The notes below the pieces were generated by a model, which was not told the origin of the DNA, ran no database searches, and saw only the letters and a list, made by a program, of their open reading frames with translations. A program made the position numbers and the translations under genes. DNA of 37,412 bases from Pseudomonadota bacterium (GTDB lineage Bacteria; Desulfobacterota; Desulfobacteria; Desulfobacterales; RPRI01), in the NCBI GenBank assembly GCA_018819005.1, contig JAHJQU010000222.1, positions 1-37,412 of the forward strand. The letters run 5' to 3'. Below are positions 31,355-37,412 of this stretch, one piece after another; the stretch's first letter is position 1; each line of letters begins with the position of its first letter.

Positions 31355-31425
31355 GAGAGCTTTAAATAACTCACGTTCGTCATGTCATAGGATACGGGTA
31401 TAGATTGATGTTATGCAAAGGTTTT
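31355..31425 (+). mobile_element. MITE family C copy 1 (71 bp)
   Basis: GAGAGCTTTAAATAAC...GTTATGCAAAGGTTTT; 5-bp flanking duplication AATTT/AATTT. Confidence 0.8.
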
Positions 31426-31444
31426 AATTTGAAACAGGAATTAA

Positions 31445-31783
31445 ATGAATTGCATAGATGCTGTTGAAGGAACAGCTAAAACTATAATTGACGGGCTTTT
31501 CCGCCTTTTTATTGAAAATAATCTTGACGATACTGAATACATTCGAAACATCAAGGCAGTTATGGATTCAACTGATGTTTTTTTACAAAATAACAGGGAA
31601 ATAGCTGATAGTCCTCATACTCTTAAGAGAGTCCTTTATGAACATGCAAAGGATTTATGGCTGAATAATCTTTTAAATAAATTCGAAACCGATAACGCCA
31701 ACAGCGAGCATATTCCCGATAATATTGAATATAATGGATATTCTTTCGATTATATTTACAACCACGGAACATATCCTCTATAA
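31445..31783 (+). CDS. Hypothetical protein (112 aa)
   Basis: ATG with AGGA upstream; protein-like, probably helical sequence with an aromatic C-terminus (YSFDYIYNHGTYPL); no family recognised. Confidence 0.7.
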   Translation: MNCIDAVEGTAKTIIDGLFRLFIENNLDDTEYIRNIKAVMDSTDVFLQNNREIADSPHTLKRVLYEHAKDLWLNNLLNKFETDNANSEHIPDNIEYNGYSFDYIYNHGTYPL

Positions 31784-31824
31784 AGATATTGTTGACGGTT
31801 TGCATATGGTCGGGGCAGTTTAAA

Positions 31825-31953
31825 ATGAATGATTCCGAAGAAGATTCAAAATTGAAAGCCGAAATGGATGAAATATTAATTAAGATTGATAATATAATTG
31901 AAAAAATTGAAAGTTCCATGCCTCCTGAAAAGGATGACATCAATAACGAATAA
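31825..31953 (+). CDS. Possible small acidic coiled-coil peptide (42 aa)
   Basis: Hand translation: MNDSEEDSKLKAEMDEILIKIDNIIEKIESSMPPEKDDINNE*; amphipathic pattern; weak RBS. Confidence 0.4.
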   Translation: MNDSEEDSKLKAEMDEILIKIDNIIEKIESSMPPEKDDINNE

Positions 31954-31986
31954 CATGGGAAATGCCTTACGGCTATTATTTATAAT

Positions 31987-32257
31987 TGCTGGACTCGTAA
32001 AAAGCAATTTTATGCCGTAAACGGCATCCTGTGAGAAACGAAGTCAAAACCGGATAAAATTAACATTATTAAAGAATATTAAATATTTATGTCCGGTTTT
32101 TGAATTTGACTTCGTTGGAAGTCGAATTTCAGACGGCAAAGTAAAGAGCTCATTATGCAAAGCGCACGAATCTCGAGGAATGAAGCGTACTTTCCGTACG
32201 CTGCAATGACGAAAGATGAGGTGCAACACAGCAGAATGGCTTTTTACGAAGCCGTCA
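31987..32257 (+). mobile_element. MITE family AB, extended cargo A copy (271 bp)
   Basis: TGCTGGACTCGTAAAAAGC...GGCTTTTTACGAAGCCGTCA; TAAT/TAAT duplication; extra ~110-bp hairpin module before the cargo-A body. Confidence 0.85.
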
Positions 32258-32309
32258 TAATTGGAGAATTACATCTATCTGCAAGAGAATATGACTATTA
32301 GGAGGTGCC

Positions 32310-32594
32310 GTGGCGTTAACTAAAAATGACATTGTTGCTAGGGTGCATGAACTTGGCTTTACCAAGAAGAAATCGGTCGAGATCATTGAGTCACTGCTTG
32401 AAATTATTAAAAATAATCTCGAAAAAAGTGACGATGTTCTGATCTCTGGTTTTGGAAAATTCTGTGTAAAGAATAAGAATCAAAGAAGGGGCAGAAATCC
32501 GGCCACTGGTGACGATCTTCTTCTCCGGGAAAGAAAGGTGGTTACCTTCAAATGCTCGGGCAAATTGAGAGATAAAATAAACGCCGAAGGCTAA
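32310..32594 (+). CDS. ihfA: Integration host factor alpha subunit
   Basis: MALTKNDIV, VLISGFGKF, RRGRNPATG, RKVVTFKCSGKLRDKIN; AGGAGG RBS, GTG start. Confidence 0.9.
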   Translation: MALTKNDIVARVHELGFTKKKSVEIIESLLEIIKNNLEKSDDVLISGFGKFCVKNKNQRRGRNPATGDDLLLRERKVVTFKCSGKLRDKINAEG

Positions 32595-32676
32595 TAGATT
32601 AAATATCAAATAGCTGTATTATTTTTTGCCTGGGGCGGATCAAGTGGATTCTCACGGTAGCCATCTCAGGCAGAAT

Positions 32677-32748
32677 GAGACCTTTGAATAACTCACGTTC
32701 GTCATGTTGTGTGATATGGCGATAGATCAGATGTTATGCAAAGGTTTC
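32677..32748 (+). mobile_element. MITE family C copy 2 (72 bp)
   Basis: GAGACCTTTGAATAAC...GTTATGCAAAGGTTTC; 5-bp duplication AGAAT/AGAAT. Confidence 0.82.
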
Positions 32749-32801
32749 AGAATATACAATCACAGCCCTTGCAACTTTAAATAATCATGATTCGCCATTG
32801 A

Positions 32802-34187
32802 TCAAAGCTTGATATTATAAGCCTTTATTTTGCTCAAAAGTGACGGATGGCTTATTTCAAGAAGGCGGGCTGCTTTTGTTCTGTTGCCTCCCGTTGAATT
32901 GAGAGCTTTTTCGATTAGCTTCTTCTCAATGACAATCTGCGCTGCTTTTAATGAATACCCTCCGAAGACATCACCATATTCTATGCACGATTTTATTCCC
33001 GGTTCAGGGAGAAAATTCTCAGTCAGAAGAACAGGCCCTTCTGCCAGCACAACTGCCCTTTCAATTATGTTTTCAAGCTCCCTGACATTACCGGGCCAGT
33101 CACGCTTCAGCAAGAGTGCCATGGCAGTAGGAGATATGCCTTTGATTTTTTTTTCAAATCTAACATTAAGCCTGTTTATAAAATGTTCACATAAAAAAGG
33201 AACATCTTCCATTCGTTCTCTGAGAGGCGGCAACTTTATTGCAAAAACATTGAGCCTGTAATAGAGATCCGGGCGAAAAGCAGAATTTTTGATCTCATCT
33301 TCAAGATTTTTTGAAGTGGCAGCTATAACCCGAACATTAATTTTTTTTGTTTTTGAATCCCCCACCGCCCTTATTTCGTTCTCCTGCAAAACACGCAGAA
33401 TTTTCACCTGTAAAGAAAAGGGAAGTTCTCCGATCTCATCCAGAAAAATGGTCCCACCGTCGGCTTCCTCAAACAGGCCTTTTTTATCCTTTTCGGCTCC
33501 CGTAAAAGCACCTTTTTTATATCCAAAAAGCTCGCTTTCAAGCAGATTTTCTGGTATTCCACCGCAGTTAACGGGAACAAAATTTTTTTTCGCCCGCAAT
33601 CCACCGAAATGAATCCCCTTTGCAATGAGCTCTTTACCGGTTCCGCTTTCACCCGATACCAATACCGTAGTATCATACTGGGCTGCTTTAGCAGAAAGAT
33701 TAAAAACTGACAGCATGCTCCTGCTTTTGGCAACCATCTTGCCGAAAGAATACTTCTCCTCTATTTTTCTAATCTGTTCCTGAAGAAAAAGGTTCTCCCT
33801 CTTTAAACTTTCTCTCTCCTCGGCTTTCTTCAGTGCAAGAAATACCTCATCAGCCTTGAACGGTTTTGAAATGTAATCGTAGGCGCCCTCTTTCATGGCC
33901 TCAATAGCGGTATCTATAGTGCCGTATGCCGACATCATGATAACAGTCGTCGAACCTATTTTATCTCTGGTTCTTTTAAGAAAATCCATCCCGTTCATTT
34001 TAGGCATTTTTATATCGCAGAGGATAAAGTCATACCTCTCTTTGTCAATCATACTGAGCCCCTCGAGCCCATCCGCAGCAGTATCAACAACATAACCGGA
34101 TTTTTTCAGCATTGCTGTCAGCATGTGACGCATATTCTCTTCATCATCAATTACAAGAAGCCGCTTTTTATTGTTTTTATTTTCCAT
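32802..34187 (-). CDS. Sigma54-dependent response regulator (NtrC/AtoC family)
   Basis: Receiver domain, GESGTGKEL, ESELFG..KGAFTGA, FLDEIGE, WPGNVRELEN, Fis-type HTH. Confidence 0.95.
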   Translation of the reverse strand: MENKNNKKRLLVIDDEENMRHMLTAMLKKSGYVVDTAADGLEGLSMIDKERYDFILCDIKMPKMNGMDFLKRTRDKIGSTTVIMMSAYGTIDTAIEAMKEGAYDYISKPFKADEVFLALKKAEERESLKRENLFLQEQIRKIEEKYSFGKMVAKSRSMLSVFNLSAKAAQYDTTVLVSGESGTGKELIAKGIHFGGLRAKKNFVPVNCGGIPENLLESELFGYKKGAFTGAEKDKKGLFEEADGGTIFLDEIGELPFSLQVKILRVLQENEIRAVGDSKTKKINVRVIAATSKNLEDEIKNSAFRPDLYYRLNVFAIKLPPLRERMEDVPFLCEHFINRLNVRFEKKIKGISPTAMALLLKRDWPGNVRELENIIERAVVLAEGPVLLTENFLPEPGIKSCIEYGDVFGGYSLKAAQIVIEKKLIEKALNSTGGNRTKAARLLEISHPSLLSKIKAYNIKL

Positions 34188-34224
34188 AGGCCGGTCAATC
34201 CTGTTAAATGTTTTTTATCAGATG

Positions 34225-35781
34225 TTATCCTTGAACATTCTCATTGCTAAGAGGAAGATAGACTGACATGGTAGTGCCTTCTCCATCGACACTTTGGGCT
34301 TTAATCTTCCCCCCCATACCATCAAGAAGCGCAAAACTTACAAATAATCCAAGCCCCGTTCCCTTTCCAGGCTCCTTTGTTGTATAAAACGGATCAAAGA
34401 TATTGCCTATGTTCTTCTCAGGAATACCGGATCCATTATCTATAAATGATATTTTTAATACGGGCAGGTCATTTATTGCCTCATTATCCGATTCGGAAAC
34501 CACCTCACTCTTAATCAATAACTTACCTCGAAGTTTGTTTTGAGATGATGAGATAGCATCGGCTGCATTTATAATAAGATTTATAAATATCTGTCTTAAT
34601 TGATTCGGATCAGTCAGCACCTTGTCTTCTCTGGCTTCAAGAGATATTTTCAAATCAATACCGGACGTAAAAGGCTGGAACCTGACAATCTCAGCAACAT
34701 CTTCAATTACTTCATGTACATTTATAATTTCGGGTTTTCCTTCAGACGGCCTTGAAAAATCCAGAAGCTGCCTGATTATGCCGTTTACCCTGTTAATCTC
34801 GTTCTCGGCCCTTTTGATATATTCATTTTTCTCATCATCGGGCATATCCTTTTGCTTTAAAAGCTCCAGATAGCCTATAATTATTCCGATAGGATTTCCG
34901 ACTTCATGAGCAATTCCTGAGGATAGCCTTCCAACAGAAGCCAGTTTTTCCGCCATGACAACATCTTTTTGTGCCTGCTTTAAATCAATATTTGCTTTCT
35001 CAAGAGAGCTTATGGTTGCCAGGAGTTTTTCCTTGTCTTCAGAAACTCTTTTCAACAGCCGGTTTAAAGCCTTTGACAGCCTGTCAAACTCATTGTCATG
35101 TTTTCCGTCTAAAAAAAAGAAGTCATCTTCCTCCCTGAACTCTTCAGCCCTTTTGACCATTCTTTGAACCGGCTTAACTGCAATATTTAATATAAGATAA
35201 AGTCCTGTTATTGTTAGCACAAACAGATTGATGACAGAATAAACGAATAGAACCTTTTGTGTGCGTCTTAAAACCTTATATATATCCTCAAGCTCCATAA
35301 CAATACCGACTCCGGCTTCGGCATGGCCTTCTATAAGCAGGGGCGCCGAAACAACAAGGTAACGATTCTGCATCCAGAAAACTCCCCACGCTGTTCCCGT
35401 AAATCGTGTCATTTTTCTTGAAGATTCAATTGACTCTTCAACAATAATCCTAATCTCATCAGACATCGGGCAGTCCGGACTGGCGGGATACAGCATATTC
35501 GAATATCTGTCCTGTATTATAGCGCAGGAAAAGCCGGCCATATTCAGAATTACGTCAAGCTTGTCACTGTAATCAGGTTGCAGAATTAAAATGCCGGAAT
35601 CGAGCTTTTTTATCAGATGTTTCTCTATGTCGTAAGCAAGAAGATATCCTTTTGAAATGGCGGATTGCACATAATCTCTTTGCGCTGTTATAACCATTAT
35701 TATATCAACAAGAAGCATTGCAACAGCCAAAAGAATTGCAATTTTAATGGCGATATTGGTTTTTATCCCGTGAAAAGCCAC
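34225..35781 (-). CDS. Membrane sensor histidine kinase (cognate of the sigma54 regulator)
   Basis: Two TM segments, HAMP-like linker, AHEVGNPI, NLIINAADA, DNGSGI, FDPFYTTKEPGKGTGLGL. Confidence 0.93.
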   Translation of the reverse strand: MAFHGIKTNIAIKIAILLAVAMLLVDIIMVITAQRDYVQSAISKGYLLAYDIEKHLIKKLDSGILILQPDYSDKLDVILNMAGFSCAIIQDRYSNMLYPASPDCPMSDEIRIIVEESIESSRKMTRFTGTAWGVFWMQNRYLVVSAPLLIEGHAEAGVGIVMELEDIYKVLRRTQKVLFVYSVINLFVLTITGLYLILNIAVKPVQRMVKRAEEFREEDDFFFLDGKHDNEFDRLSKALNRLLKRVSEDKEKLLATISSLEKANIDLKQAQKDVVMAEKLASVGRLSSGIAHEVGNPIGIIIGYLELLKQKDMPDDEKNEYIKRAENEINRVNGIIRQLLDFSRPSEGKPEIINVHEVIEDVAEIVRFQPFTSGIDLKISLEAREDKVLTDPNQLRQIFINLIINAADAISSSQNKLRGKLLIKSEVVSESDNEAINDLPVLKISFIDNGSGIPEKNIGNIFDPFYTTKEPGKGTGLGLFVSFALLDGMGGKIKAQSVDGEGTTMSVYLPLSNENVQG

Positions 35782-35894
35782 CGTCAGATCCGCCGGTTTT
35801 AATGGTTTGAGAAAAATGTTTAACTGTGATTTATTATTACAATATAATCCCTATTTCTTGCAACAGCTAAACAGAATTGATCATGAATTAACAA

Positions 35895-36047
35895 TGACGG
35901 CTTCGTAAAAAGCATTCTGCTGTGTTGCGCTTCATCTTTCGTCATTGCAGCGTACCAGTAAGTACGCTTCATTCCTCAAGATTCGAGCGCCTTGCATAAT
36001 GAGCTTTTTTTTTGCCGTTTGAATTTCGACTTTTTACGGGTATATCA
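35895..36047 (-). mobile_element. MITE family AB, cargo A copy in reverse orientation (153 bp)
   Basis: Reverse-complement match to 21916-22070; ACAA/ACAA duplication. Confidence 0.88.
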
Positions 36048-36062
36048 ACAATAGGAAGCGAC

Positions 36063-36257
36063 TTGGAAAAATGTGTCAACCATAATGACAGGCTTACCAG
36101 TTATTCATGTATGAAACACGGAGTTTATATGTGTGAAGAGTGCATGCATTGCACCGATCCGACCATTTATTGCAAATTCCGCGAGTCCTGTCCGATATGG
36201 TATACGGAAAAAAACAACAAATCGGATGATAAAGTTTCAGGTTCTACTCCAGATTAG
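36063..36257 (+). CDS. Small Cys/His-rich (B-box-like) protein, 64 aa
   Basis: TTG start with an AGGAAG RBS; pattern C-x2-H-x8-C-x2-H-x4-C-x2-C-x2-C-x6-C-x5-C. The ORF-track extension to 36012 starts inside the MITE. Confidence 0.75.
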   Translation: MEKCVNHNDRLTSYSCMKHGVYMCEECMHCTDPTIYCKFRESCPIWYTEKNNKSDDKVSGSTPD

Positions 36258-36265
36258 TCGGGATA

Positions 36266-36378
36266 AAGGAGTCCATGATTCGAAAATTCAGGGGTTCAAG
36301 TGTTTGTTTTCTGAAGTTCTGACAGTCTTTCTTCCACTGGAATTTTTTCCGCCTCAGGCGGATTGACCCCTTGACCCT
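36266..36378. repeat. Degenerate short-unit inverted repeat with an inserted CCGCCTCAGGCGG palindrome
   Basis: GGGGTTCAAGTG...CACTGGAA...TTGACCCCTTGACCCT; similar to 27084-27121. Confidence 0.5.
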
Positions 36379-36383
36379 ATCTC

Positions 36384-37235
36384 TCATATTCCGGTAAGCT
36401 TCGCCATTTTATCTGCTATACCGTCAAATGCCATTGCGACAGGAGAATCAGGATGTTTATCAATCAGCGATAAACCCGCATCACCACATGATACAACCTT
36501 CTGATCAAACGGAATTTTACCGAGAAATTCTATACCCGTTTCCCTTGCCGTTTTTTCTCCCCCTCCGATGCCGAATAGATCGATAGTTTTATTGCAATGG
36601 GGGCAGATAAAACCGCTCATGTTTTCAATCAGTCCGAATATTTCCATTTTTACGATTTTGCAGAAACTGATTGACTTTCTGACATCCGCAAGAGAAACTT
36701 CCTGGGGTGTTGTGACAATAATTGCCCTTGCATCTTTTATAGTTTGCGCAACAGTCAAAGGCTCGTCACCTGTGCCCGGCGGGCAGTCTATAATCAGAAA
36801 ATCAAGTTCACCCCAGTCAACATCGCCTATGAATTGCTTTATAGCGGAATATTTAATCGGTCCGCGCCATATAATCGCATCATCCTTATTCGGGGTGAGA
36901 GCTTCTATGGATACGGCGCTTAACCTATCGGAATATTTCATGGGAGCAAGTTTATGGTTCTTGCTCAAATCGATCGTCCCATTCAGACCAAGCATTCTCG
37001 GAACATCGGGACCGTGAAGATCTACATCCATCAATCCGACTTTAAATCCTTTGTTTGAAAGGGCTATGGCAAGATTCACGGAAGTGCTTGTCTTGCCGAC
37101 TCCGCCTTTCCCACTCATAACAATAAACTTCCGTTTTATTTTTTTGAGAGATTCTTCAACCGAAGAATCCTGGGCGTCTTTTTTCATTTTCTGTTTTGCC
37201 GCGTCACAACCGGCACCGCTGTGTATGATTTCCAT
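36384..37235 (-). CDS. mrp: Mrp/ApbC/NBP35 Fe-S cluster carrier ATPase
   Basis: SGKGGVGKTS, DVDLHGP, IIWRGP, DCPPGTGDE, VTTPQ, ENMSGFICPHC; AGGAGG RBS. Confidence 0.95.
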   Translation of the reverse strand: MEIIHSGAGCDAAKQKMKKDAQDSSVEESLKKIKRKFIVMSGKGGVGKTSTSVNLAIALSNKGFKVGLMDVDLHGPDVPRMLGLNGTIDLSKNHKLAPMKYSDRLSAVSIEALTPNKDDAIIWRGPIKYSAIKQFIGDVDWGELDFLIIDCPPGTGDEPLTVAQTIKDARAIIVTTPQEVSLADVRKSISFCKIVKMEIFGLIENMSGFICPHCNKTIDLFGIGGGEKTARETGIEFLGKIPFDQKVVSCGDAGLSLIDKHPDSPVAMAFDGIADKMAKLTGI

Positions 37236-37258
37236 TAAACGATTCCTCCTTGAAGAAT

Positions 37259-37370
37259 AGCTATATTCGTAAAAAATCCAGCCACTCCCTTGAAAACGGA
37301 AGTCCAGAACTATTTAAATAACTGGATAGCATATGTGCTTCACTACGTGCCCCGATTTCATATCCGGGGC
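37259..37370 (+). repeat. Decayed family-AB left end followed by REP-like cargo
   Basis: AGCTATATTCGTAAAAAATC (15/20 to the AB left end), then CACTCCCTTGAAAACGGAAGTCCAG..CTGGA and GCCCCGA..TCCGGGGC palindromes; no right end seen. Confidence 0.45.
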
Positions 37371-37412
37371 AAAGTAACCCCTGCATACTTCATTGTCAAG
37401 TTATGACCGTAA

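Noticed and set aside
31623-31943. 106-aa minus-strand ORF
   Set aside because: Antisense shadow of the plus-strand ORFs at 31445 and 31825.
32044-32229. 61-aa minus-strand ORF
   Set aside because: Entirely inside the extended MITE; no RBS or domain.
31355-32748. Composite transposon formed by two family-C MITEs carrying ihfA
   Set aside because: Each copy has its own distinct 5-bp duplication, and the outer flanks (AATTT versus AGAAT) do not match.
30787-32800. tRNA-anchored genomic island or prophage
   Set aside because: No integrase and no repeat of the tRNA 3' end was seen.
19843-36047. Repeats as a CRISPR array or integron attC sites
   Set aside because: They are dispersed rather than regularly spaced, there is no cas or intI gene, the flanking genes are housekeeping, and TSDs point to transposition.

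Overview
A 37.4-kb, fairly AT-rich chromosomal window. Gene content and order suggest a Desulfobacterales-like deltaproteobacterium (inference). The coding content is mostly housekeeping: two PAS histidine-kinase signalling genes, a PPi-dependent phosphofructokinase, a polar amino-acid ABC transporter, smc-ftsY and HU. A long minus-strand run follows (mfd, two SurA-like genes, rodZ-like, mgtE, recO, GHMP kinase, glyQ, glyS, hypothetical, nucleoside phosphorylase, ligA, acylphosphatase), then tRNA-Thr(CGT), ihfA, a sigma54 two-component pair and mrp/apbC. The most interesting signal is non-coding. At least six intact copies and one decayed copy of a modular miniature element sit in the intergenic spacers. 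They share ~20-bp TGA...TCA terminal inverted repeats (core CGTAAAAAGTC), and most have exact or near-exact 4-bp AT-rich target duplications. They carry interchangeable hairpin cargos, with compensatory base changes, a nested end, a flipped terminal palindrome and one end that supplies the glyQ stop codon. A second 71-72 bp MITE family with 5-bp target duplications, other palindromic repeats and two small Cys-rich ORFs missed or mis-started by the ORF track are also present. No transposase, integrase or CRISPR array is visible.
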